Shown here piece by piece: positions 8,056 to 18,290 of a stretch of 64,000 bases of DNA. The stretch comes from an uncultured Clostridia bacterium (lineage in GTDB: Bacteria > Bacillota > Clostridia > Christensenellales > JAWKQI01). The stretch spans positions 2,808-66,807 of the forward strand of contig CAYVRJ010000005.1 in NCBI GenBank assembly GCA_964453645.1, written 5' to 3'. Numbering within the stretch: the stretch's first letter is position 1; the number at the start of each line of letters is the position of its first letter. A model generated the notes under the pieces. That model made no database searches, was not told the DNA's origin, and worked only from the letters and a program-made list of their open reading frames with translations. Position numbers and translations under genes: made by a program.

Positions 8056-8673
8056 ATGAGATATCCCTTCGCCATGCAGGGCCGAGAGAACAATTATAAT
8101 CTGCCCCAGCAACGAGAAGTTAAAGAGCACAACCCAGCTCCCCTCTCCTTTTCCCCCGAACTGAGCCTCATGCTGTCCCTGGCCCTCAAGGACAATCCGG
8201 GCAGCGAAGAAATTCGAGGTATTTTATCCTCCATCGCACCCTCTCTGCCGGGGGAGGATCGCAGTGCCGTTGAAAAACTACTGCGCTACTCCGAGTTCGA
8301 GCAGAGCGACAACAGTCGGCGTCACCGCCACAGCGAGGGGGATTACACCCAAGTGATTCGAACCTTAAAGGGTTTGTCCAAGAACAGAAACACCAGCACG
8401 GTGTTTGATCAAATGGAGCGTGCCTTTTCCATGCAGGAAGAATTTAGCCGGATGCACCGGAAGCTTTCTATGTTTCAAAATAAAAAAAACTTAGGGTTGG
8501 AAGAGATGATGGACCTGATGACGTTGTTTATGCCCAAAGAACAACTCAAGGGCATGGGTCAGCTCTCCAACATGGCAAATATGATGAAGATGTTTGGCAA
8601 CATGAAAAACTTTGACCCCTCTATGATGATGAACATGATGGGCGGCATGGGCGGCATGGGCGGTCGACGGTAA
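8056..8673 (+). CDS. hypothetical protein with Met/Gly-rich C-terminal tail
   Basis: ATG at 8056 preceded by GTGAGGT. The tail is MANMMKMFGNMKNFDPSMMMNMMGGMGGMGGRR. Confidence 0.55.
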   Translation: MRYPFAMQGRENNYNLPQQREVKEHNPAPLSFSPELSLMLSLALKDNPGSEEIRGILSSIAPSLPGEDRSAVEKLLRYSEFEQSDNSRRHRHSEGDYTQVIRTLKGLSKNRNTSTVFDQMERAFSMQEEFSRMHRKLSMFQNKKNLGLEEMMDLMTLFMPKEQLKGMGQLSNMANMMKMFGNMKNFDPSMMMNMMGGMGGMGGRR

Positions 8674-8742
8674 AAAGGTTGAAAAATAATGGATTGTGTG
8701 GTAGAGTATGTAAAATGAATGTACATGTATAGGAGTGTTCCC

Positions 8743-10020
8743 ATGTTCAAAGTTTTATGCAAACTACTCGCAATCCTGCTCATCTTAACGATGCTGACAG
8801 GTTGTGGCCTGCTCTATTTGGCCATTCTAACCCCGGATGATACGACGCAAAGTTATATAGAAGATAATACCCTACAGCCCCTGGATCCCATACCCACCTC
8901 TGACCCAACTAAAAGTTTCACCGCAGACGACGTTCGCTTTTATTTGGAGCAGGGAGACTACACCCAGGCACAAACCATTGCCCAAACTTTGGATGGGGTG
9001 AGGGTGGAAAAAATGGGGTTCCTCAACACCCTTTTGCTGTATTCCAGCGAAGGTAAGTTGGAACGTGCCCAACACTTTAATGAAGACGGAAGTTTGTCCT
9101 TTGAGAGCACCTATGGGGCGTATTATTCGGTGCATGCAACCCTCCCATGGTTGTACGAAAATACCTATTCCGCTTCCAGCGATTTAGAGCTAGGCCACGA
9201 TCTCTTTGAGGATGCACTGTTTGACCAAGCGCTTGCTTCCTATGACATGGAGATTTTTTTAACGCCATACACTAAAAATATAGAAGTGTATACATCCAAA
9301 GCCGTTGTATATATGTTCATGGGGTACACAGATCTAGCCGGAGAAACCCTTGCGATCTCTCAAAAGCTGGGGGACATTTCCTATCTAAAACGCAACCAAA
9401 CTTTCAACACCTTATACGCTTTTGATTCCGATGGACGGCGCATATCCATACTAGATTTTTATCTGAACGGTACTCTAAAACGCTTCCGACTCTACGACAG
9501 CCTTGGAAAAAATATTGTACACCACTACGAATACGATACCTCAGGTACCGTCATCTCCGAAACTGAACTGACAGAGCAGGGAAAAACCCTCTCCTCTTAC
9601 TACTATCTCAGCGGTGAAAAAATTCGTATTGTGGACGAATACAACAGCAGTGATAAAATTGCAACCCAAACCCACTACAACGAAAGAGATGAAGTGGTGC
9701 ACCAGAGGGTGTACGATTATGACAAAAAGGGCAACAACACCCGCATCACCTTAAAAAACAAAGAGGGCAGTGTGGAGGGTTATTTAGAGTACGAATATGT
9801 GGACAATGCCTTGTATAAATCCATCTACTACAACGCAAAGAAAGAAAAGGAGCAGTATGCCATCCACGAGACGGATTCTAACGGTTCCATTTTAAAAGCA
9901 ATCTATTACTACCCCGACGGGGAGATGAACTACTACTGTGAATACGAGGTGGATCAACAGGGTTACACCCTGCACACCGCTTGGTATACCCCCGAGGGTA
10001 AACTGTTTAAGCAGGATTAA
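8743..10020 (+). CDS. lipoprotein with MORN/YwqK-like repeats
   Basis: Signal peptide with lipobox LTGC. The C-terminal half carries repeated Y-x-Y-D/E-x-x-G units (YEYDTSG, YDYDKKG, YYYPDGE). Confidence 0.7.
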   Translation: MFKVLCKLLAILLILTMLTGCGLLYLAILTPDDTTQSYIEDNTLQPLDPIPTSDPTKSFTADDVRFYLEQGDYTQAQTIAQTLDGVRVEKMGFLNTLLLYSSEGKLERAQHFNEDGSLSFESTYGAYYSVHATLPWLYENTYSASSDLELGHDLFEDALFDQALASYDMEIFLTPYTKNIEVYTSKAVVYMFMGYTDLAGETLAISQKLGDISYLKRNQTFNTLYAFDSDGRRISILDFYLNGTLKRFRLYDSLGKNIVHHYEYDTSGTVISETELTEQGKTLSSYYYLSGEKIRIVDEYNSSDKIATQTHYNERDEVVHQRVYDYDKKGNNTRITLKNKEGSVEGYLEYEYVDNALYKSIYYNAKKEKEQYAIHETDSNGSILKAIYYYPDGEMNYYCEYEVDQQGYTLHTAWYTPEGKLFKQD

Positions 10021-10964
10021 TCCATATAATACTTGGCCACCAGCGCAAACGAACCGCAGTACACGTGAAGTTCCGGTTCGCTTTTGTTGTGCACAGAAAG
10101 ACCCAAGTCTGCAAACACTTGTTCTAGCTGTTTTGCTGCCAACACCCGGGGAAACTCTAAATGCACACAATCTACGGTGAAATTCTTAAGTGCGCAAAAG
10201 CACTTGGCCATTTCCAAATAATCTTTGTCCTTCATGACGGCGATGTGGATGGTTTTGGAACTGTCACCATAGTGTTGATTTAAGTGATCCACCAGCAGTT
10301 TTACAGAAGCAACGTTGTGGCACACGTCAAACAATTTGTTCCCCCGCTTTTCCAGCCGTGCGGGGTTGTTCACCCCCGAAAAGTCGGGGTTTTTTATGCC
10401 AAGCTGCATTGCACACACCCGGGCAAGCTCCCGGTTCACGGGCAGACCCGCTCCGCTCTCCTTCGTTACAATCAGCTTTGCCCCAACTGTTTTGCACTGG
10501 TGCTCAATCACTTGCAAAACCTGCCTCTCTTGGGGTGCACAAATCACCAACTGCCCCTGCTGAATGGCGGCAGCCTTTTCACTTGCAATTTTTTCGAGGG
10601 TGTCCCCCAGCAAAGCCATGTGATCCATGGAAATTTGGGTGAGGATGAGAATCTGGTGGTGCAGTGTAGTGGTGGGATCCAACCTTCCCCCCAACCCCGC
10701 TTCGAATACGCAAACGGAACACCCTTGAAAGAAATCCACCGCATAGGAAAGCAGCAGGGCAAAGTCCCGATTAATATCCACAATGGGGGGTAAGCTCTCG
10801 ATAAACGAAACTTCTCCCCTGTGGTGAATGCTGATTCGCTCCCGAATGTCTTGCAAGTGCGGGGAGGTGAACACCCCGCAACGATGGTGCTGGCTCAGGG
10901 CAGACGCCAAATGAGCGCACACCGTGCCCTTGCCGTTGGTTCCCAGAACCTGAATAGAGATCAT
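10017..10964 (-). CDS. folC: FolC-like Mur-ligase family protein (short form)
   Basis: P-loop GTNGKGT at residues 8-14 and SPHL motif. The gene is 4-nt overlapped with valS, matching the Firmicute valS-folC arrangement. It is only 315 aa. Confidence 0.7.
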   Translation of the reverse strand: MISIQVLGTNGKGTVCAHLASALSQHHRCGVFTSPHLQDIRERISIHHRGEVSFIESLPPIVDINRDFALLLSYAVDFFQGCSVCVFEAGLGGRLDPTTTLHHQILILTQISMDHMALLGDTLEKIASEKAAAIQQGQLVICAPQERQVLQVIEHQCKTVGAKLIVTKESGAGLPVNRELARVCAMQLGIKNPDFSGVNNPARLEKRGNKLFDVCHNVASVKLLVDHLNQHYGDSSKTIHIAVMKDKDYLEMAKCFCALKNFTVDCVHLEFPRVLAAKQLEQVFADLGLSVHNKSEPELHVYCGSFALVAKYYMD

Positions 10965-13573
10965 GAAAGGGAAGCGATTCGCTCGTCCAACTTGTTTATT
11001 AAGTCTGTGAACTTTGCAACCTTCTCCTTTTCTTCGTCAATGACTTTTGCCGGTGCTTTTGCAACAAATCCCTGGTTTTCCAGCTTGGATTTCGCACGGT
11101 TGAGTTCGGACACTGCCTTTTCCCGCTCGTCTAACAGCCGCTTGCGCTCGACCTCAAAGTCGATCAGCTCGGCAAGGGGTAAATAAACCTCTGCAATTTC
11201 CGAAACCACTGAAACGGTGTTTTCTAAATCCTTCTTCTCCTTTGTAAACGAAACATCTGTGCCATAGGCCAGCCGAACCAAATACTTGCTAGAGGGTCGT
11301 AATACCTTTTCGTTTTCTTGGCTGCACGAAATAAAAATCTTACAGCGCTTGGAGGGGGGGATGTTCATCTCCGCACGCAAGTTGCGAATGCCCCGGATCA
11401 GCTCCATCACGGCGTTCATGCTCTTCTCTTCTGTTAAATAATCAAACTCCCGAACGGTGGGGAACGTGGATATCATAATACTCTCCTCACCGGTGTTTAT
11501 GTGTGTGAAAATTTCTTCGGTGATAAAGGGCATAAAGGGGTGGAGCAGCTTTAAAATATCCACAAGCACCGTGGTGAGCACATAACACGTGGTGGCTTTA
11601 TCGTCCTCGCTTCCGTCGAACAGGCGGGGTTTGGCCATTTCAATGTACCAGTCGCAGTATTCACTCCACAGGAAATCATAAATCTTCGTTGCTGCAAGCC
11701 CCAGCTCAAACTTCTCCAGGTTGTGGGTCACTTGTGCGATCACATCGTTTAAGCGGGAGAGAATCCATTTGTCGGCAATGTCTAACTCAGTGCGAATCTC
11801 ACCCATCTCTCCCCCGGTGTTCATCAGCACGAACCGTGCCGCATTCCACAGCTTGTTGGCAAAGTTTCGGCAGGACTCCACTTTTTCATAATTAAACCGC
11901 ATGTCTGCCCCGGGGCTGTTGCCGATGGCAAGGCTGAACCGCAGTGCGTCTGCACCGTATAAATCGATGACTTCCAGCGGATCGATGCCGTTGTTTAAAG
12001 ATTTGGACATCTTTCGCCCCTGTGCATCCCGGACAATGCCGTGTACGCACACGTAGTCGAAGGGTTTTTGTCCCATACACTCCAAACCGAAGATGATCAT
12101 GCGGGCAACCCAAAAGAAGATGATGTCGTACCCGGTGACCAGCACGCTGGTGGGGTAGAAAAACTCTAACTCGGGGGTTTTTTCGGGCCAACCCAAGGTG
12201 GAAAAGGGCCACAAACCCGAAGAAAACCAAGTGTCCAGCACGTCCTCGTCCTGATGAAAGGATGTGCCACTGCACGTTTGGCAAACCGTCGGCTGCTCCC
12301 TGTCCACAACCATCTCACCGCAACTTTGGCAGTAGTAGGCGGGAATCCGATGCCCCCACCAAAGTTGACGGGAAATACACCAATCTCGAATGTTGTTGAG
12401 CCAATTAAAATAAATTTTATCAAACCGCTCGGGTACAAATTCAATGTCTCCCGAGGAAACGGCATCGATGGCAGGTTGTGCAAGCTCCTTCATGGAGACG
12501 AACCACTGCTTGGAGACGATGGGTTCCACAGTGGTGGAACAGCGATAACACTGGCCCACGTTGTGCCCGTGGTCTTCAACCTTGACAAGCAGCCCTTCAC
12601 TTTCTAAATCGGCAACGATGTTCTTGCGGGCAGTAAATCTGTCTTGTCCGCAGTACGCTCCGCCCAGCTCGTTCACCGTGCCGTCGTCGCTCAGCACCCG
12701 AATGACTTCCAAGTTGTGGCGCAATCCCACTTCAAAGTCGTTGGGGTCGTGGGCAGGGGTGATCTTCACCGCACCTGTGCCAAACTCCTTTTCAACGTAT
12801 TCATCGGCGATCACAGGAATTTGCTTGTTCATCAGGGGCAGGGTCACCGTCTTGCCGATTAAGTGGGCGTACCGCGTATCGGCAGGGTTCACCGCAACGG
12901 CTGTATCCCCCAGCATGGTCTCGGGGCGAGTGGTGGCAACGATGATACCACCCTCGGGGGAGGGGTAGCGGATGTGCCACAGGTGCGAGGCCTTTTCTTC
13001 ATATTCCACTTCGGCATCACTCAGAGCTGTCTTGCAGTCGGGGCACCAGTTGATGATCCGATCTCCTCGGTAGATCAACCCCTTTTGGTACAACCGAATA
13101 AAGGCTTCTTTCACGGCGTTGGAAAGCCCTTCGTCCATGGTGAAGCGTTCCCTCGACCAATCGCAGGAGGAACCGAGTTTCTTTAACTGTTCCACAATCC
13201 GACCGCCGTACTGCTCCTTCCACTTCCACGCACGCGTTAAAAACTCTTCCCGCCCGATGGAGGCTTTGGTAATGCCCTCGGAGGCCATTTGTTCCACAAT
13301 TTTTACTTCGGTGGCGATGGATGCGTGGTCGGTGCCGGGCAGCCACAGCGCTGCAAAGCCCTGCATGCGGCGAAAGCGAATGATCGCATCCTGCATCATG
13401 TTGTCAAGGGCATGTCCCATGTGTAATTGCCCCGTAATGTTGGGTGGGGGAATCACAATGGTGTAGGGTTGCTTATTTTTATCTACAGTGCCTTTGAAAT
13501 AACCCTTTGCCTGCCAGTTGTCATATAACCTTTGTTCCACCGACTTTGGGTCGTAGGTTTTATTTAATTCCAT
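10961..13573 (-). CDS. valS: valine--tRNA ligase
   Basis: 870 aa, HIGH-type motif TGQLHMGHA, KMSKS motif, C-terminal coiled coil. Confidence 0.97.
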   Translation of the reverse strand: MELNKTYDPKSVEQRLYDNWQAKGYFKGTVDKNKQPYTIVIPPPNITGQLHMGHALDNMMQDAIIRFRRMQGFAALWLPGTDHASIATEVKIVEQMASEGITKASIGREEFLTRAWKWKEQYGGRIVEQLKKLGSSCDWSRERFTMDEGLSNAVKEAFIRLYQKGLIYRGDRIINWCPDCKTALSDAEVEYEEKASHLWHIRYPSPEGGIIVATTRPETMLGDTAVAVNPADTRYAHLIGKTVTLPLMNKQIPVIADEYVEKEFGTGAVKITPAHDPNDFEVGLRHNLEVIRVLSDDGTVNELGGAYCGQDRFTARKNIVADLESEGLLVKVEDHGHNVGQCYRCSTTVEPIVSKQWFVSMKELAQPAIDAVSSGDIEFVPERFDKIYFNWLNNIRDWCISRQLWWGHRIPAYYCQSCGEMVVDREQPTVCQTCSGTSFHQDEDVLDTWFSSGLWPFSTLGWPEKTPELEFFYPTSVLVTGYDIIFFWVARMIIFGLECMGQKPFDYVCVHGIVRDAQGRKMSKSLNNGIDPLEVIDLYGADALRFSLAIGNSPGADMRFNYEKVESCRNFANKLWNAARFVLMNTGGEMGEIRTELDIADKWILSRLNDVIAQVTHNLEKFELGLAATKIYDFLWSEYCDWYIEMAKPRLFDGSEDDKATTCYVLTTVLVDILKLLHPFMPFITEEIFTHINTGEESIMISTFPTVREFDYLTEEKSMNAVMELIRGIRNLRAEMNIPPSKRCKIFISCSQENEKVLRPSSKYLVRLAYGTDVSFTKEKKDLENTVSVVSEIAEVYLPLAELIDFEVERKRLLDEREKAVSELNRAKSKLENQGFVAKAPAKVIDEEKEKVAKFTDLINKLDERIASLS

Positions 13574-14116
13574 CTATTGTTGATCCTTTCGCAGATATTT
13601 GTTAAACCAGTTGAAGTAAACGTACTGTATCAGGGATATCAGCATTAAAAACAGGGAGAAACACATGATATACATGTGCCAAGGGGCCACATAGCGGTAT
13701 AGGAAGGAAAGCCCCAGCGCAAAGTTAAAGGAAAATGCCGCAAGCTTTCCAAAGGTGTTGGCACTCACCACCATTTTTTTGGTGTAGAGCACAATGCCGC
13801 CAATGATGAGGATAACCTCTTTCACAAGAATAATGACGCTGACCCACACGGGGAATACGTCCAGCACCACAAAACAAATGGCCACGCTCACTGCCATGAG
13901 CTTGTCCGCCAGCGGGTCTAGCAGCATGCCCGCTTCGCTGATCATATTATATTTGCGGGCAATGGCACCGTCTAGCAGATCGGTAATGCACGCAATCAAA
14001 AAAATCGCCAGTGAAATAAATATTTCTCCGCCCAGCAACAAAACCACTGCGGGTACAATGAGTGCAAAGCGAACAAACGTGAGAATATTCGGAATATTCA
14101 AAGGTACTTTTGCCAT
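13574..14116 (-). CDS. pgsA: CDP-diacylglycerol--glycerol-3-phosphate 3-phosphatidyltransferase
   Basis: CDP-alcohol phosphatidyltransferase motif DLLDGAIARK...DPLADK. Abuts the valS start. Confidence 0.85.
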   Translation of the reverse strand: MAKVPLNIPNILTFVRFALIVPAVVLLLGGEIFISLAIFLIACITDLLDGAIARKYNMISEAGMLLDPLADKLMAVSVAICFVVLDVFPVWVSVIILVKEVILIIGGIVLYTKKMVVSANTFGKLAAFSFNFALGLSFLYRYVAPWHMYIMCFSLFLMLISLIQYVYFNWFNKYLRKDQQ

Positions 14117-14398
14117 CAGTACGCTCCTTTTTTCTATTTCTTATGCTCACATTATACACATTCGTGTAAAAAAATACAACGGGTATTTTAATTGGGAACA
14201 AGGGTATGCCACATTTCAACACAAATAGCAAGTATAGTCCAACTCGCTATATCTTTTTGCAAAATTTTGAATCATTCCCCCTATTACCAAAATATGATTG
14301 CATAAATTTTTCACCTTTACATATTTTTAGTTATATTGTATCATATGATTGGTTTTATGTCGTGAAAATATTATTTTTAATATAAAAGGAGTTTTGAA

Positions 14399-14614
14399 AT
14401 GAAGGAAAAAGAGGTATGTCTTGTATTCAAAATAGACGAATACATCAAGCGAAAAAATATCTCACCCCGTCGGCTTTCCGAAGTTTCGGGGGTGAGACAT
14501 GACACCATTCTGGAACTGATGAGCGGTAACGCCAAACGCTACTCCAGGTTCGACATCGCACGGCTGTGTGCCACGCTCAACTGCCAGTTTAACGACATCG
14601 TAGAAATTGTTTAA
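14399..14614 (+). CDS. small XRE/Cro-like HTH protein
   Basis: 71 aa, NISPRRLSEVSGVRHDTILELMSG HTH segment, RBS AAAGGAG. Confidence 0.7.
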   Translation: MKEKEVCLVFKIDEYIKRKNISPRRLSEVSGVRHDTILELMSGNAKRYSRFDIARLCATLNCQFNDIVEIV

Positions 14615-14629
14615 GCGTTTAAAATGCTC

Positions 14630-16048
14630 TTAAAAATCGCCGATATCTTCCAAGGTATCGGCGTTTTCATTGAGTGCCTGGGGGGGCAGGTTAAACTGCG
14701 CTATGGTCTCTCCGTTTTTACCCAACAGCAGTACATTTCCTCCGTTAAACACCACAAACACTTTGCCGTCGGTATATTCAATGGATGTGTAGGCCTCCTT
14801 GAGCACCGTGTTATAATTCCCGTCGATGTACCCCATGATATCCTCGCCCTCTTCGTTAAAGCTGTAGAGCACTGCTCCGTCTCCCGCTGGAGAGGGGATG
14901 ATATAGTCGTACTTGGGGGAAACCACCCACTTGCCTGACAAGTCGTATACACCCATTTTGTTGGTTGTCAAATCATAGGCTGTGACACAGTTTGAAAAGA
15001 CGTCCTGCGCTTGAATGTTTTCGGGCAGTTTATATTCCCTGCCGTCCTCCATGACGATATACGTGGTCTCCGCTTCTTCCGTTGCGATATAGGCGATGCT
15101 GATGCCGTTGATAAACGGTGTGAGGGTTTCAAACTTTGCAGAAGTAATGGGCTTTAGGTTCTTGTCGCAGTAGCCCCACAACTCCCCTTCCTTCACCCCC
15201 ACGGCACCGCCCGGGAAGATGATCATGTCGTCGTAAACTTTGTCGGAAACCTGGGTGCCATCCTTGCGGATTAAGGTCATGCCCTCTCCCTTGGACACGG
15301 CACAGTGATCCCCATAAAAGGACACCACTTCGGTGAACTGGGGGGATATGGCCATATTTCCCGAGACATCGATAAATCCCCAAGAATTATCCTGATACAC
15401 GGCACACAGCCCCGAGGAAAAGATATATCCGTCGGCAAACCCTGTGGCAATGGGGGTTAAATCTTTTGTGAAATAGGACGTGCCCTCGGGCACGGTTGTG
15501 TTGCTGTTTTTACCCTTCACCGCACCCACGTCGGACAGGGCCACTTGAATAATACCCTCACTCACGGCATAACTCATGGGTTCAAAGGAGGTGATTTGGC
15601 CGATCTGCGCCCCGGTGCTGTCAATAACATCCAACTGGGTGTCCTCAAAGGAGCAGAGAAAAGTCGTTTCGTCTATTTGCCAAATGTCGGTATATTTTGC
15701 AGGGGTGAGCTGCTCTCCCCCGGGAGAGATGAGGCATATGTTTTCAAAGCCGTATCCGTTGTTGTTGCCCCCCATCCAATAGTGCAAGGGGGTGTGCCAT
15801 ATGCCAAAACCCGTGGCAAAATAATCTTGCCACAGGTCAAAGGTGCCGACGGGCTGTACTTGGCGCACATCAAACCGGTTGACAGTTTGACCCTTTTCGT
15901 TCACAGCGATGACTTTTTCCTTCCCCCCTTCCAGTGCGGAGAAGAGATAGGCTTGAGCCGTGTTGTCTATGTTAGCCGTTTGGGAACAACCCAGTGTTGT
16001 AGCCAGGAGAAAGGTAATTGCAAGACAGGTTTTTAAAAAAAGCTTCAT
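14630..16048 (-). CDS. WG-repeat (KWG-like) lipoprotein
   Basis: Lipobox TLGC. Repeated WGFIDVSGNMAISPQF, WGYCDKNLKPITSAKF and MGVYDLSGKWVVSPKY units. I chose the ATG at 16048. Confidence 0.75.
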   Translation of the reverse strand: MKLFLKTCLAITFLLATTLGCSQTANIDNTAQAYLFSALEGGKEKVIAVNEKGQTVNRFDVRQVQPVGTFDLWQDYFATGFGIWHTPLHYWMGGNNNGYGFENICLISPGGEQLTPAKYTDIWQIDETTFLCSFEDTQLDVIDSTGAQIGQITSFEPMSYAVSEGIIQVALSDVGAVKGKNSNTTVPEGTSYFTKDLTPIATGFADGYIFSSGLCAVYQDNSWGFIDVSGNMAISPQFTEVVSFYGDHCAVSKGEGMTLIRKDGTQVSDKVYDDMIIFPGGAVGVKEGELWGYCDKNLKPITSAKFETLTPFINGISIAYIATEEAETTYIVMEDGREYKLPENIQAQDVFSNCVTAYDLTTNKMGVYDLSGKWVVSPKYDYIIPSPAGDGAVLYSFNEEGEDIMGYIDGNYNTVLKEAYTSIEYTDGKVFVVFNGGNVLLLGKNGETIAQFNLPPQALNENADTLEDIGDF

Positions 16049-16149
16049 TAAATATATGATTCCTTCCAAACTTCGTATACATAAAACTATATCATAAATG
16101 GAAGAAATATTCTATAAATAATCAATGAATAAAAACACCCCGAACCCAT

Positions 16150-17889
16150 TTATTTTACATATTTTGCACTGACATAACCAACTCTTCCGTTGCCCATGTC
16201 GATCTTGTGCCACCCTTTCGAGGTGCTGATTATGGAAACCTTTGCGTTTTTCTTGAGAGTTGCCATCAGCCTGCTGTTGGTGGAGGCTGTTGCACGCACG
16301 TTTAGTGTCGTTGCGGTAACCGTTCCCCGCTTGATGGGGGTGGTGGTGGTCGTGCCCGACGTGGTGCCGGTTGCCGTGAGTTTCACATAATTGGAACTCA
16401 TATACCCCGTTTGACCCGTGGGTAATTGAATCTTGTACCAACCCTTGAGTGTTTCCAAAACCGTGACCTTGGTGTTCTTTTTCACTTTGGTGATCACCTT
16501 AGCCGAAGTGTTGGCAGAAGAGCGCATGTTCACCCCGTCTCCCGTGACAACCCCGGTTTTCACCACAGGTGCCGCAGGGGTTGTGGCGGGGGGTGGTGTT
16601 GTAGTGGGAGGTGGGGTGGTTTGGTCGGGCACAGGGTTTTGCGGGGGGGTGGGCAGGGATGTGCCCGTGTTTAACCAAGAGGAATAGTTGCTCCAAATGG
16701 CAGAGGGTTCTTGGCCTAACGCCCAAGCTCCTGCACCCTTTAGGTCGTATTTATTGATCATCGCCATCTTCGCTTGGAAGGACTGTTCGTTTTCAAACCA
16801 CACGGTGTACGTGCCGGGGGTGAGTTTTTTGCCGTTGATAGAGTTTGCGGGACTATCGGTTTTCACTGTAAATTCTGCTTTGGGGGATTGCTGGGTGTAG
16901 TCGTAGGTGACTTTGGCGTTGTAATCGGAGATGAGTTTGTTCACCATTTCTAATGTGACCCCATTGCCGTTAAAGGTGTTGTCGGCACTCCATATCCTGC
17001 CAAAGAAGGGCATGCCCAGCACAATCTTGTCCCCCGAGGTTTTAGACAACGCATATTTAATGGAGTTTTCCACAAAGCTAATGCTGGCCACCGGACCGGG
17101 TTCGCTGCCCTGCCAGTGTTCGTCATAGGCCATAATCATCAGGTAGTCGGAATTTTTTGCAAGGTTGGTGTAGTCATAGGAGCCGTGCCAACCGGCTGTC
17201 CACCCCTTGGGGTTTGCTGCAACGGCAACGGACACCTCTTTGTGGGCGGGAATCTTTTCCCGCAGTTTTGTTACTAAGTCGGTATATTGATCTTTTTGCA
17301 CGTCGGTGACGTTTTCAATGTCCACGTTCACCCCGTCTAAGTTATATTTTTCAATGTTGTCCGCAATTTGCTGGGCTAACTTTTCGGTATCTTGCAGTGC
17401 GGCAATACCCCCCTGCCTGTCCCAGTGATTGGATAAAAAGGGAATCACCTTCATACCTTTTGAGTGGGCGTGGTTTACCAGTTCGGTGCTAACCGTGTTG
17501 ACTTTTAGGGAACCGTCGGAGTTGATGTCGAAATAACTGGGGGAAACCGTGTTTAGTGCGCTGCCCGTGCGGTTGATGTAGGAAATTTGCTGGGAAGGGG
17601 AACCCGCATATAAATAGGCCATGGAGTATTTGTCGGCGGCAGAGACGCTCATGATGGACATGAGGGGAATGGTGGCCACGATCACCCCCGACACCACCAC
17701 TTTGACTGCCCGCACCGAAAAGTCTTTATAATTCTTCTTCACATACCCGGAAATGCTCCCCGCCTTCTCCACCAGTTTTTGGGGAGAAAACATATCGAAA
17801 GAAAATTCAACGTCTTGTGCGGAGTTAAAATAGACATACGCGTCGTAGGTGCCGACTTCGTTTAAAACCAGTTTAATATCTTGAAACAT
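16150..17889 (-). CDS. GH18 family hydrolase (YaaH/YdhD-like) with two C-terminal SH3b domains
   Basis: GH18 catalytic DGVNVDIE, a Pro/Thr linker, then two SH3b-like repeats (GWYKIQLPTGQTGYMSSNYV and GWHKIDMGNGRVGYVSAKYV). Confidence 0.8.
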   Translation of the reverse strand: MFQDIKLVLNEVGTYDAYVYFNSAQDVEFSFDMFSPQKLVEKAGSISGYVKKNYKDFSVRAVKVVVSGVIVATIPLMSIMSVSAADKYSMAYLYAGSPSQQISYINRTGSALNTVSPSYFDINSDGSLKVNTVSTELVNHAHSKGMKVIPFLSNHWDRQGGIAALQDTEKLAQQIADNIEKYNLDGVNVDIENVTDVQKDQYTDLVTKLREKIPAHKEVSVAVAANPKGWTAGWHGSYDYTNLAKNSDYLMIMAYDEHWQGSEPGPVASISFVENSIKYALSKTSGDKIVLGMPFFGRIWSADNTFNGNGVTLEMVNKLISDYNAKVTYDYTQQSPKAEFTVKTDSPANSINGKKLTPGTYTVWFENEQSFQAKMAMINKYDLKGAGAWALGQEPSAIWSNYSSWLNTGTSLPTPPQNPVPDQTTPPPTTTPPPATTPAAPVVKTGVVTGDGVNMRSSANTSAKVITKVKKNTKVTVLETLKGWYKIQLPTGQTGYMSSNYVKLTATGTTSGTTTTTPIKRGTVTATTLNVRATASTNSRLMATLKKNAKVSIISTSKGWHKIDMGNGRVGYVSAKYVK

Positions 17890-18020
17890 ACCTGAATACC
17901 CCTTGGAACATTTTTCTTATTTAATATAACCAGCTGTCCCGGCCTATATGCAGTCATCTTTCCATTCAAATTTGAATATAATTGAGTAAGAATTTTTTTT
18001 TCTTTTTCAGGAGTTGATAG

Positions 18021-18290
18021 ATGGGGTTTAAGCGTCGTGCGGTTGAGAAGTTGGGGATACCCCCAGAATCGGCACTGAACAGTCTGCGGGTGGTGGTGGT
18101 GGACGAATACTGTTATGTGGAAAACCACAGCGGTATTGCCAAATATACATCCGAAGAAATTGCCGTGCGGCTGGGCAATCGGTTGTTGCGGGTGATGGGT
18201 GAAGGGTTGACCATCGATCACATTCACGTCCGGGACATTAAGATATGCGGCAAAGTGAACAGTATCACATTCGAAGGAGGAAAAACTTGA
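18021..18290 (+). CDS. yqfC: YabP/YqfC family sporulation protein
   Basis: 89 aa with a YabP-type beta repeat. First gene of the conserved yqfC-yqfD-phoH block. Confidence 0.75.
   Translation: MGFKRRAVEKLGIPPESALNSLRVVVVDEYCYVENHSGIAKYTSEEIAVRLGNRLLRVMGEGLTIDHIHVRDIKICGKVNSITFEGGKT

Noticed and set aside
10017-10020. Overlapping stop codons of the convergent lipoprotein gene and folC.
   Set aside because: The overlap is real in the sequence but is probably just compact packing. There is no hairpin or other signal to interpret. It is mentioned only under the folC finding.
13574-14398. A T-box leader expected upstream of valS.
   Set aside because: valS abuts pgsA with no spacer. The 280-bp region upstream of pgsA shows no recognisable T-box sequence (no AATTAGGGTGGTACCGCG-like box on the minus strand) and no specifier or terminator architecture.
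18245-18286. The ATG at 18245 as the yqfD start (42-nt overlap with yqfC).
   Set aside because: The TTG at 18287 has a GGAGGA SD at ideal spacing and gives the usual stop-start overlap. The ATG remains possible, so the confidence is moderated rather than the gene rejected.
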